A stretch of 63,041 nucleotides of DNA from Patescibacteria group bacterium (GTDB lineage Bacteria; Patescibacteriota; Minisyncoccia; 2-02-FULL-40-12). Both the position numbers and the translations under genes were made by a program. Below are positions 1 through 8,581 of this stretch, in pieces; the first letter of the stretch is position 1; the number at the start of each line of letters is the position of its first letter. The notes under the pieces are model-generated. The model saw only the letters and a program-made list of their open reading frames with translations. It had not been told where the DNA came from and searched no databases. The stretch is from NCBI GenBank assembly GCA_038063995.1, contig JBBTUA010000003.1, forward strand, positions 1 to 63,041, in the 5' to 3' direction.

Positions 1-1
1 T

Positions 2-83
2 GCCCGGGTGATGAAATTGGAAACCATGATCGACTTAAGATCGATTGCCGCAAGGCTTGTGGGTTCGAGTCCCACCCCGGGCA
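2..83 (+). tRNA. tRNA-Leu (anticodon TAA), long variable arm
   Basis: Acceptor gcccggg/cccgggc; anticodon arm atcga-cttaaga-tcgat; long variable arm; T-arm gtggg-ttcgagt-cccac. Confidence 0.85.
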
Positions 84-186
84 TTGACTTTAATTTCGTT
101 TTGTGCTAATATTAATAAAGCAACCTTAAAACCCTCCTATCTCATCCCCTCCTCGTTTTTCCCTAGATCCCAGCTAGGGAGGTACT

Positions 187-447
187 ATGCCCAAGTTGAG
201 CATCGGGTTTGTTTCTCTCAACTCGGCCGGGCAGGGCCGGGTTGAAATTCTTGCTGACCGCATCACCGTGATTTTCCGCGGCAACGCGGAAAACCTGGTT
301 GAGGTCGCAAGAAAACAACCGGCAAGAGTACTCGATGATTCCCAGAGCCTTTACTTCTCTCACGAAACAGAAGAAAAAGTAAAGGCTCTGGCCAAACGAG
401 CTCTTGCTGAAGCCGAGCAAAAAATTCTCGCAAAAAGGGAGGTATAA
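187..447 (+). CDS. hypothetical protein (86 aa)
   Basis: ORF with SD-like gggagg a few nt upstream of the ATG, followed by a hairpin; no family recognised; visibly more GC-rich than its surroundings. Confidence 0.45.
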   Translation: MPKLSIGFVSLNSAGQGRVEILADRITVIFRGNAENLVEVARKQPARVLDDSQSLYFSHETEEKVKALAKRALAEAEQKILAKREV

Positions 448-459
448 TAAATGAAGCCG

Positions 460-505
460 ACCCGCCGCGTCTTTCCCAAAAAGATCCGGCGGGTTTCGTA
501 TTTTT
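460..505 (+). terminator. possible terminator hairpin
   Basis: acccgccg (460-467) pairs with cggcgggt (487-494), followed by a T-rich run; the loop is large. Confidence 0.3.
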
Positions 506-569
506 AAATAAAATTGATTAAATAAATTTTTTATGATAAGATCTAGCCGGAACGATCAAATCTTTTAAT

Positions 570-839
570 ATGGCTTTAACTCCTAAAGAAAAAACAAAAA
601 TCGTCCAGCAAAGGTCTTTGCACGAAAAAGACACCGGTTCAGCCGATATTCAAATCGGCATTTTTACCGAAGAAATAAAAAGACTGATCAAACATTTAAA
701 GGATCATCCCAAAGACCACTCTTCGAGGCGGGGTCTTTTAAAAATGGTCTCGAAAAGGAAAAGACTGCTCGATTATTTAAAAAAGGATGACCCTAGAAGA
801 TACAGCACGGTAACAAAGGACCTTGGATTGAGGAAATAA
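570..839 (+). CDS. rpsO: 30S ribosomal protein S15
   Basis: 89 aa; typical S15 sequence (GS..IQI..LT..I..L..HL..H.KD..SRRGLL..V.KR..LL.YL). Confidence 0.95.
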   Translation: MALTPKEKTKIVQQRSLHEKDTGSADIQIGIFTEEIKRLIKHLKDHPKDHSSRRGLLKMVSKRKRLLDYLKKDDPRRYSTVTKDLGLRK

Positions 840-846
840 TTTTTTA

Positions 847-1395
847 ATGAACTCCAGAATAGCCTATTTAACTGCATCGCTGCCAAAACTTTTTATGCCT
901 TCAAAAAAAAATCAAACCGTCGCTGTTTTTGTCGATGCCCAAAATATGTATCATTCGGCGAGAAATCTTTACAAAGCCAGGGTAAATTTTAAAGAACTTC
1001 TGAAGACGGCCATAAATGGCCGAAATCTGGTAAAAGCCAATGCCTATGTTGTTAAAAGCGATGTCCCTGAAGAACAGGGGTTTTTTGAGGCCCTTGAGCG
1101 CTCCGGTTATTACCTAAAGATGAAAGACCTTCAGATTTTCCCGGGCGGGATGAAAAAGGGAGACTGGGATGTAGGAATCGCCATTGACGCCATCAGTATG
1201 ATCCAAAAAACAGAAGTGATGGTTTTGGCTACCGGAGACGGTGATTTCGTGCCTCTTTTAGAGTATTTGAAACATCAAGGCGTAACCGTTGAAGTGGTAG
1301 CTTTTCGAAGAAGCACTTCTTCCAAGCTGATTCAGGCGGCTGATAAATTTTTTGATTTGGAAGAGGATGTAGAAAGATTTTTAATGAAAAAGTGA
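847..1395 (+). CDS. NYN/LabA-like (DUF88) domain protein
   Basis: VAVFVDAQN...GDWDVGIAIDA...ATGDGDFVPLLEYLK motifs; the true start may be the internal Met (MPSKKNQ). Confidence 0.7.
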   Translation: MNSRIAYLTASLPKLFMPSKKNQTVAVFVDAQNMYHSARNLYKARVNFKELLKTAINGRNLVKANAYVVKSDVPEEQGFFEALERSGYYLKMKDLQIFPGGMKKGDWDVGIAIDAISMIQKTEVMVLATGDGDFVPLLEYLKHQGVTVEVVAFRRSTSSKLIQAADKFFDLEEDVERFLMKK

Positions 1396-3500
1396 TACCG
1401 ATGGAAATAAAAAATTATTCAATTGATTACGGCGGCAAAAAACTGGAAGTAGAAATCGGAAAATTGGCCGGCCAGGCAGACGGCTCTGTTTTTGTTAAAT
1501 ATGGAGATACTTCGGTTCTGGTGACCGCGGTGATGAGCAAAAAAGAAAAAGAAGTGGATTATATGCCTCTTACCGTGGATTACGAAGAAAGATATTATGC
1601 CGCAGGAAAAATAAAAGGTTCGAGATGGGTGAAAAGAGAAACCCGGCCGGGCGAAGAAGCGATCCTGCATGCCCGGCTGATTGACCGAACCTTAAGACCC
1701 CGCTTTGACCAAAGAATCAGAAATGATATCCAGATAGTAGCGACTGTCCTTTCTTTTGACGCCGAAAACGATCCTGATATTCCTTCTTTGATCGGAGCTT
1801 CACTGGCTCTTATGATCTCTGACATTCCGTTCGACGGGCCGGTGAGTGGGGCCAGAGTTTCGGAAGTAGACGGGAAATTCGTTCTTAATCCGAATTACAT
1901 TGAGCGGAATAAATCTCCTTTTGACTTGGTTGTCGCCGGAATAAAAGAAAAAGTGAATATGCTTGAATTCGAAGGCGGCGAAACGAACGAAAAAAAAGTG
2001 CTTGAAGCAATAATTTTCGGCCATAACGAATACAAAAAAATAATTGAGTTTCAAAATAAAATAGCGGCCGAATTCAATCCAAAAAAGAGGGAAGTTGAAA
2101 TTTTCGAACCGGATCCGGAAATCAAAAAAACAATTAAAGACTTTTTGGCCGGGAAAATAGAAGAGGCCCTTTATCAAAACAAAGAAAAAACAGAAAAAAG
2201 GAAAAGAATCGACGATCTTAAAAAATCCTTATCCGATTTTATCGAGGAAAAATTTCCCGATCACCCGAAAATCGAAACAATTTTAAGAGAACTTGAAAAT
2301 ATTTTCGCGGATGAAATGGATAAAATTGTCAAAGCAAATATCATCGAAAAAGAAAGACGTTCTGACGGAAGAAAAATGGATGAAGTAAGGCCTTTGATAG
2401 TTCAGGTTGGCGTTTTGCCCCGGACGCATGGTTCGGCGATATTTCAAAGAGGAGAAACCCAGATCTTAAGCATCCTGACTTTGGGAAGCCCGGGCAAAGA
2501 GCAATGGATAGAAGAAATGGAAACCGAAAAAAAGAAGTATTTTATGCATCATTACAATTTCCCGCCTTATAGCTCCGGAGAAACCGGCAGAGTCGGATTT
2601 CCGGGACGGCGTGAAATAGGCCACGGGGCATTGGCTGAAAAATCTCTTGAACCGGTAATCCCCTCGAAAGAAGAATTTCCATACACTATCAGACTCGTTT
2701 CCGAAGCCCTCTCTTCAAACGGCTCAACTTCAATGGCTTCAGTCTGCGCTTCATCAATGTCTTTAATGGACGGCGGAGTGCCTGTAAAAGAACCGGTGGC
2801 AGGAATTTCTATGGGATTATTTGCTTCGCCGGACGAAAAAGAATTCAAATTGCTGACCGACATCCAGGGTGAAGAAGATCACCACGGCTATATGGATTTC
2901 AAAATTGCCGGGACTAAAAACGGAATTACCGGCATCCAGCTGGATGTCAAAAACGACGGCCTGACTCATGAAATAATCGAAGCCGCCCTCGAAGGAGGAC
3001 AAAAAACAAGGTTGGAAATTCTGAAAAAGATGAAGGAAGCGATAGAAAAACCGAGAACCGAACTTTCGCCTTTTGCTCCCCGCGTTTATAAAATTCAGAT
3101 CAATCCGGAAAAAATCAGGAATGTCATAGGTCCGGGCGGAAAAATAATTAATGAAATAGTGGCCCAAACCGGCGTTACCATAGACATAGAGGATTCCGGC
3201 CTGGTTTTTGTTACCTCCGAAAAAGAAGAAGGCGCGAAAAAGGCTCTTGAGTGGATCAATAATCTGACCAGAGAAGTAAAAGCCGGCGAAATTTTCGATG
3301 GGATCGTGGTAAAAATAGCCGATTTTGGCGCTTTCGTTGAACTATTTCCAAACCAAGACGGCTTGGTTCATATTTCCGAGATCTCGGACAAACGGATTGA
3401 AAGAGTATCTGATGTGATGAAAGTAGGAGATGTTGTAAAAGTAAAAGTCAAAAAAATAGACGAACAAGGAAGAGTAAGTTTGACGATGAAAGGAATCTAA
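1392..3500 (+). CDS. pnp: polyribonucleotide nucleotidyltransferase (PNPase)
   Basis: 702 aa; two RNase PH-like halves, then KH (GPGGK.I) and S1 C-terminal domains; directly follows rpsO. The start may be the ATG at 1401. Confidence 0.95.
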   Translation: MIPMEIKNYSIDYGGKKLEVEIGKLAGQADGSVFVKYGDTSVLVTAVMSKKEKEVDYMPLTVDYEERYYAAGKIKGSRWVKRETRPGEEAILHARLIDRTLRPRFDQRIRNDIQIVATVLSFDAENDPDIPSLIGASLALMISDIPFDGPVSGARVSEVDGKFVLNPNYIERNKSPFDLVVAGIKEKVNMLEFEGGETNEKKVLEAIIFGHNEYKKIIEFQNKIAAEFNPKKREVEIFEPDPEIKKTIKDFLAGKIEEALYQNKEKTEKRKRIDDLKKSLSDFIEEKFPDHPKIETILRELENIFADEMDKIVKANIIEKERRSDGRKMDEVRPLIVQVGVLPRTHGSAIFQRGETQILSILTLGSPGKEQWIEEMETEKKKYFMHHYNFPPYSSGETGRVGFPGRREIGHGALAEKSLEPVIPSKEEFPYTIRLVSEALSSNGSTSMASVCASSMSLMDGGVPVKEPVAGISMGLFASPDEKEFKLLTDIQGEEDHHGYMDFKIAGTKNGITGIQLDVKNDGLTHEIIEAALEGGQKTRLEILKKMKEAIEKPRTELSPFAPRVYKIQINPEKIRNVIGPGGKIINEIVAQTGVTIDIEDSGLVFVTSEKEEGAKKALEWINNLTREVKAGEIFDGIVVKIADFGAFVELFPNQDGLVHISEISDKRIERVSDVMKVGDVVKVKVKKIDEQGRVSLTMKGI

Positions 3501-3556
3501 ACTTATTCACAGCTAAGCATTTATCACTTCTCTTAAGAAAAGTATAATTACTTCTA

Positions 3557-4852
3557 ATGGATGAAAAAGAATTTCAAAAGCCATTAGAGCCTCCTACAGC
3601 GATTCCGCAACGAGCCGCAAGCGGCTCGGCGGAACCTTCGACGAGCAAAGATATAGAAGAATTATTAAAAGAGCTCCCGCCTGCTCCTAAAATTGCTTCT
3701 CCGCCTCCTTCTTCCAGCCCTTCTAAACCTATTACCTCTTCTCAACCAAACCCAAATCCTGCAGTAAAACAGGCAGAACCTTTGCCTAAACCAACAAAAC
3801 CGGAACCTTTGACGAGCAGCAGCAACTTCAAATCATTTGTCCGAACAATGGGAGAAGATATTGAGGCCGCGAAAAAGGGTTTAAAACCAGAACCAAAGCC
3901 TTTTGAAATTAAACCGCCTCCCGGCGGTCCGAAAATTGCTCCGCCCCCGCCGCCTCTCAAAATGCCTTCGCCCCAACCCGAAGTAAAGCTTGGGCCGTCA
4001 GAAAAAACAAAGCCTCTGGAATTGCCAAAAATTAACCAGCCAGCCAAAGGACCGGTTCCCATAATTTCTCCTCAAATTGGAAAAAAATCATTCCTGAATG
4101 TAAAACTTTTAATTCTCGTTTTGGCTTTGATTGGTGTTGCTGGCTCCGCCTGGTATTTCCTGACCAGAGGGCCTGAAGAAATAGCCGTCTCGCCTACGCC
4201 TACTCCAACTTCCCTTCCAACGCCCAAAAGCCTTCAAGAATTAATCTTTTCTTCCAACCAAATCGCTGTTCCTTCGACTGCAAACTTTGTAAATTATTTT
4301 TCCAGTGAATTAAAAAACAAGGCTGGCGAATTAAACAGCCAGCCGGGAAAATTCACTTATTTGAATCTTGCGGATGAAAACGGAACGCCTTATTCTTTTT
4401 CACAAATTATTTCAAAATTGAATATTGCTTTGCCCGCTGGATTTCTCGAAAGCCTTAGTCCAAATGAATGGATCATTTCCGCTTACACTCAACAGGAAAT
4501 GTTTGATAGCCAAGGAAATCTTGTATTCAACCAAAACCCAGAGACCAAACTTGCTTTCATAATAAAAATAACGGATCCGACAGTTTTAAGAAGCGCTTTA
4601 AACAACTGGGAGATAACTTTATCTAAAGATCTGGAGAAATTTTTTGAACTGGATTCCAAAAAGGCTACCAGCGACACTTTTCTCGACAATTTTTATAAAG
4701 GAGTTAATGCCCGTTATCGGAATTTCCCGTATGCCGATAAAACTATAGACTATGCTATTATCGATCTGCCTCAATTTAACGCAAGCTACCTTATTCTAAC
4801 CAACTCCCGCGAAAGCATTTACTCGGCCATTGATCTTTTGAAAAAGCAATAA
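3557..4852 (+). CDS. proline-rich single-pass membrane protein, unknown function
   Basis: 431 aa ORF; Pro-rich N-terminal half, one hydrophobic helix (LLILVLALIGVAGSAWYF), then a globular C-terminal half. Contains repeat copy 3596-3648 in frame. Confidence 0.6.
   Translation: MDEKEFQKPLEPPTAIPQRAASGSAEPSTSKDIEELLKELPPAPKIASPPPSSSPSKPITSSQPNPNPAVKQAEPLPKPTKPEPLTSSSNFKSFVRTMGEDIEAAKKGLKPEPKPFEIKPPPGGPKIAPPPPPLKMPSPQPEVKLGPSEKTKPLELPKINQPAKGPVPIISPQIGKKSFLNVKLLILVLALIGVAGSAWYFLTRGPEEIAVSPTPTPTSLPTPKSLQELIFSSNQIAVPSTANFVNYFSSELKNKAGELNSQPGKFTYLNLADENGTPYSFSQIISKLNIALPAGFLESLSPNEWIISAYTQQEMFDSQGNLVFNQNPETKLAFIIKITDPTVLRSALNNWEITLSKDLEKFFELDSKKATSDTFLDNFYKGVNARYRNFPYADKTIDYAIIDLPQFNASYLILTNSRESIYSAIDLLKKQ
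3596..3648 (+). repeat. GC-rich palindromic repeat, copy 1 (forward)
   Basis: acagcgattccgcaacgagccgcaagcggctcggcggaaccttcgacgagcaa; nested stems ttccgc/gcggaa and gagccgc/gcggctc. Confidence 0.85.
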
Positions 4853-4854
4853 GA

Positions 4855-4882
4855 TCCAGTCGCTTACCTGTGAGCGACTGGA
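4855..4882 (+). terminator. stem-loop downstream of 3557..4852
   Basis: tccagtcgct / agcgactgga 10 bp stem with an 8 nt loop; no clear T-run. Confidence 0.35.
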
Positions 4883-4937
4883 CATTGACTTAAACATTGA
4901 AAAGAGTAAAATTAAAGCCAAATAAGGCTAGCTTTTT

Positions 4938-5297
4938 ATGGAACAAGAACAACTCGAACAATTAAAAAATGGGCTCCTCAAAGAAAAGGAGAGAATCGAA
5001 AAGGAGTTAAGCGAGATCGGACAAAAAAACCCAAAATCAGAGGGTAATTTTGATATTCGTTTTCCGCAATACGGCCATAGCAAAGACGAAAATGCCCAGG
5101 AGGTAACCGAATTTGAGAAAAACAAAATTCTTGAAGCAAACTTGGAGCAAAGACTTGCAGATATAAATGAAACCCTCAAAAAAATAGAGAAGGGGGAATA
5201 CGGGATCTGTGAAAATTGTTCCGAAGAGATCGAAGAACCAAGACTAAAAGCAATGCCGACAGCGGCTCTGTGTTTAGTCTGCGTGAAGAAAACCTGA
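4938..5297 (+). CDS. DksA/TraR-family C4 zinc-finger protein
   Basis: 119 aa; coiled N-terminus and C-terminal CENC...x17...CLVC zinc finger. Confidence 0.75.
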   Translation: MEQEQLEQLKNGLLKEKERIEKELSEIGQKNPKSEGNFDIRFPQYGHSKDENAQEVTEFEKNKILEANLEQRLADINETLKKIEKGEYGICENCSEEIEEPRLKAMPTAALCLVCVKKT

Positions 5298-5322
5298 AGT
5301 TTAAACATTTAAATATTTCGTA

Positions 5323-6876
5323 ATGACCTCTAAAATATTCTCTGCCGCCATAATCGGCCTTGACGCCATTCCAATAGAGGTCGAAGTTGATGCCTCGCGC
5401 GGCCTGCCCTCTTTCAGCATTGTCGGCCTGCCGGATAAAACCGTCCAGGAGTCAAAAGACCGGATAAATTCAGCAATCAAAAATTCCGGACTGACCAATC
5501 CCAAAAAAGAAAATCTAAAAATTGTGGTCAATCTTGCCCCCGCGGATATTAGAAAGCAGGGGCCGCTTTACGATTTGCCGATCGCCGTTTCCTATCTTTT
5601 GAACACCAAACAAGTTGAATTTGACCATCAGAAAAAAGTTTTTGCCGGAGAGCTGGCCCTCGACGGCTCTTTAAGAAGCATATCAGCCGTTCTTTTGATA
5701 GCCCTGATGGCCCGCAACCTGGGGTTTAAAGAACTGATTCTGCCAAAAGCCAATGCCAAAGAAGCCGCTTTGATAAAAGATCTAAAAATCATCGGCCTTA
5801 ACAATTTAACTGAAGTAGCCGCCTATCTTTCTGGAAAAATTATAATCCAGCCCGAAAAAAACATTGATTTTTCAAAAATCATTTCCAATTCTGAATACGA
5901 TTTTGATATTTCCGAAATAAAAGGCCAGGAAACCGCCAAACGAGCTTTGTCTCTCGCCGCGGCAGGATTTCATAATGTATTGATGACCGGACCGCCGGGA
6001 GCCGGTAAAACAATGCTGGCCAAAGCCCTGCCCTCGATAATGCCCTCGCTTTCTATGGATGAGGCTCTTGAAATAACCAAAATACACAGCGTGGCCAACG
6101 CTTTCAAGTATTCGGATTCAAACGAACCAAAGAATTACATCATTAATCAAAGGCAGTTCCGGAATCCCCATCATACTGCTTCGGCCGTGGCTTTGGTTGG
6201 CGGAGGAAGCAATTTAAAACCGGGTGAAATAAGCCTGGCTCACCGCGGGATCTTATTCCTTGATGAATTTCCGGAATTTTCAAGAGATGTCATCGAAGCC
6301 TTGCGCCAGCCCCTTGAAGAAGGGAAAGTTTCTCTTTCAAGAGCCAATAATTCAGTTGCTTACCCGGCTAAATTTCTATTGGTTGCCTCAATGAATCCCT
6401 GCCCCTGCGGGAACCACCAAAACCCGCACAAAGAATGCCTCTGTACTCCGGGAGTAATAATGCGATACCAGAAAAAAGTATCGGGACCGATCTTGGACAG
6501 ATTTGATATTAAGCTCGATATACCCCAGGAAAATCCGAAAAAACTGAAGGAAGAGCCGGACTATAAAGAATCCGAAGAACTAAGACAAAAGGTTGAATTG
6601 GCCAGGGAAAAACAAAAAAGAAGATTCAAAGAACTTGGAATTTTAACCAACTCGGAAATGAATAACAAACAAGTGAGACGATTCTGTAAAATAGATGAAG
6701 AGAGCGAAAATTTTCTGGATAATTATGTGATGGATAAAAAACTAAGCCACCGGTCTTATTTCAAAATTCTAAAGTTGGCCCGAACCATTGCTGATTTGGA
6801 AGAAAGAGAAGATATAAGCCGGGAAGACCTCCAGGAAGCGGCAATGTACAAAAACGACTCGGTTCTGACGATTTAA
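5323..6876 (+). CDS. YifB/ComM-family Mg-chelatase-like AAA+ ATPase
   Basis: 517 aa; Lon-protease-like N-terminal domain, Walker A GPPGAGKT, LFLDEFPEF, C-terminal ChlI-type domain. Confidence 0.9.
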   Translation: MTSKIFSAAIIGLDAIPIEVEVDASRGLPSFSIVGLPDKTVQESKDRINSAIKNSGLTNPKKENLKIVVNLAPADIRKQGPLYDLPIAVSYLLNTKQVEFDHQKKVFAGELALDGSLRSISAVLLIALMARNLGFKELILPKANAKEAALIKDLKIIGLNNLTEVAAYLSGKIIIQPEKNIDFSKIISNSEYDFDISEIKGQETAKRALSLAAAGFHNVLMTGPPGAGKTMLAKALPSIMPSLSMDEALEITKIHSVANAFKYSDSNEPKNYIINQRQFRNPHHTASAVALVGGGSNLKPGEISLAHRGILFLDEFPEFSRDVIEALRQPLEEGKVSLSRANNSVAYPAKFLLVASMNPCPCGNHQNPHKECLCTPGVIMRYQKKVSGPILDRFDIKLDIPQENPKKLKEEPDYKESEELRQKVELAREKQKRRFKELGILTNSEMNNKQVRRFCKIDEESENFLDNYVMDKKLSHRSYFKILKLARTIADLEEREDISREDLQEAAMYKNDSVLTI

Positions 6877-6897
6877 GAATCGGAACGAAAAGCTTCC

Positions 6898-7406
6898 CTC
6901 GGCATAATCAGAATCAGAGCTCTCGGCCTGCTCTTTAGAAAGCTTGCGCGAGCAATATAAATTTCTTCATAGGGGCGGCCCTTCTTGGAAATGGCACGCC
7001 ACTTTGCTCGAATTGCCGATAAATCAGGGTACCTCCGCCATAGATTTATATATTCGGCAATTCTTCGCAAAGATACCGGCCATTTCTCAATAAACTTCCC
7101 AATTCAGAAATTTATATTTCTCGCCGCTTTCTAATTTTTAAATTTTCCCAATGAAAAGAAAACCATTTCAGAATCAGAGCCGCAGGGTATGAATAATTTC
7201 TGAACTTCAAGAGAATAGAATACAAATAACTGAAAGATATGAAGAATTGACGGATAACATTAGTGTTATTCTGATAAACAATATAATGGGGTAGGGGTTC
7301 CCCATTATATTGTCGGCAATTCAATATATCTGAAGATTATTTGTTCTATGAGCTTGAGAGAAGAAATTATTCATACCCGAGAGGCTCTGATTATGATTAT
7401 GCCGAG
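6898..7406. repeat. 509 bp non-coding element bounded by ~29 bp imperfect terminal inverted repeats (IR block A)
   Basis: ctcggcataatcagaatcagagctctcgg (6898-6926) matches the reverse complement of 7377-7406 with 1 mismatch and 1 indel. The interior is homologous in inverted orientation to 15237-16065. Confidence 0.75.
7172..7392. repeat. ~220 nt nested imperfect palindrome (copy A)
   Basis: Arms 7172-7253 and 7313-7392 pair (for example gggtatgaataatttc 7185-7200 with gaaattattcataccc 7363-7378). The apex holds hairpins ataaca-ttag-tgttat and acaatataatgggg...ccccattatattgt. Confidence 0.8.
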
Positions 7407-7417
7407 ACGATTTCCCA

Positions 7418-8503
7418 TTAATACCTTGCAAACGGGTTTCGGGCGCCGTGGACTTCGAAATGCAAATGGCAGCCGGTTGAGAGACCGGTTGAACCCATTA
7501 ACCCGACAAGCTGTCCTCGTGAAATATTCTGTCCGCCTAAAACCAAGAGACGAGACAAATGGGCATATAAAGTATATATCTCATTGCCGTGATAAATTTT
7601 AATATATTTCCCGGCTCCGCCATTCCAGCCGGAATTTGCCGCTCCAATTATCACTCCTTCAGCGGCCGAATAAATCGGAGTGCCGCAAAGATTTGCCACA
7701 TCAACGCCGTTGCGGCCATGAATACGGCCCCAATTATGACCTTGCGCAGGCAAAAAAAGCAGTCCGCCTAAATCAGGCAAACGGGCAAATCTTACATTGG
7801 AACGATAAGCCACATACTGACTGCCGATCTGGATTTTGCCGTCAGGAACAATCAATTCCTTGCCTGCCTCAAGAGTTCCGTTTTTTGGCAAACTATTGAA
7901 TTCCACGATCTTTTCTTCGTTCGCCGAATATTTCTTGGCTATTGATTGAATAGTATCTCCCTGCTTCACAAAATGGATAACGCCTGAAACCGGAGGAATT
8001 TTCAATTCTTGACCCGAACTTAAATAATCGCTATCTTTTAGGTTGTTGGCCCAAATCAAAGAACTGACGCTGATGCCGAAATCATTTGCCACCTGACCCA
8101 AGGTATCGCCGGGCTGAACAGTATAATTAACAACCTGATTCCTTTCGCCGTTTTCAAAAACAGAAGCCAGCGTCTGATAAGGCAGAAATGAATCCTGGAA
8201 AACATTGCGGCTGGATTCAACACCAGCTTCCAAAGCCTGATAAACCTGGCCTAAAAATAAATCATTATCGCTTGGAATACGGGAATCAATAAAAGCCGAG
8301 GTTTCTTCAATATAATCTTCCACTGCCAAGCTTAAAAGAGTGGCCTGGCCCTGCCCGGAACTGGATTTAAAAGAAAAAAGAATGACCGTAAGAGCCACAA
8401 AAACAAAAATAACCAGCCTTTCATTTTCAGCATATGATTTGTACTTATTGAAGTTCCTTTTGAATAAACCAAAAAAAAGGACTGCTTGGGGGTTTTTAAA
8501 CAT
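7418..8503 (-). CDS. LysM-domain M23-family metallopeptidase (cell-wall hydrolase)
   Basis: N-terminal TM helix, two LysM repeats (YTVQPGDTLGQVA.., HFVKQGDTIQSIA..), C-terminal M23 motifs (HGRNGVD, HLHFEV). Confidence 0.85.
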   Translation of the reverse strand: MFKNPQAVLFFGLFKRNFNKYKSYAENERLVIFVFVALTVILFSFKSSSGQGQATLLSLAVEDYIEETSAFIDSRIPSDNDLFLGQVYQALEAGVESSRNVFQDSFLPYQTLASVFENGERNQVVNYTVQPGDTLGQVANDFGISVSSLIWANNLKDSDYLSSGQELKIPPVSGVIHFVKQGDTIQSIAKKYSANEEKIVEFNSLPKNGTLEAGKELIVPDGKIQIGSQYVAYRSNVRFARLPDLGGLLFLPAQGHNWGRIHGRNGVDVANLCGTPIYSAAEGVIIGAANSGWNGGAGKYIKIYHGNEIYTLYAHLSRLLVLGGQNISRGQLVGLMGSTGLSTGCHLHFEVHGARNPFARY

Positions 8504-8581
8504 TAAAATCCTCTTGCGAGGACTACAACTATTGTAGGAAAAATGAGCTTAAAGTCAAATAATAATATCCACAATTAAAAA

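Noticed and set aside
45-245. 66 aa ORF at the window start
   Set aside because: It overlaps tRNA-Leu (2-83) and runs through non-coding spacer. It has no SD and no recognisable product.
3742-4062. Antisense ORFs inside well-supported genes (for example 3742..4062, 1419..2177, 12995..13366, 27781..28200, 47834..48223, 50890..51742)
   Set aside because: Each lies fully within a conserved gene on the opposite strand and has low-complexity or implausible sequence.
7112-7602. ORFs 7112..7324 (-) and 7348..7602 (+)
   Set aside because: They run through the nested palindrome and into the antisense of the M23 peptidase gene. Their frames are not conserved in the second repeat copy.
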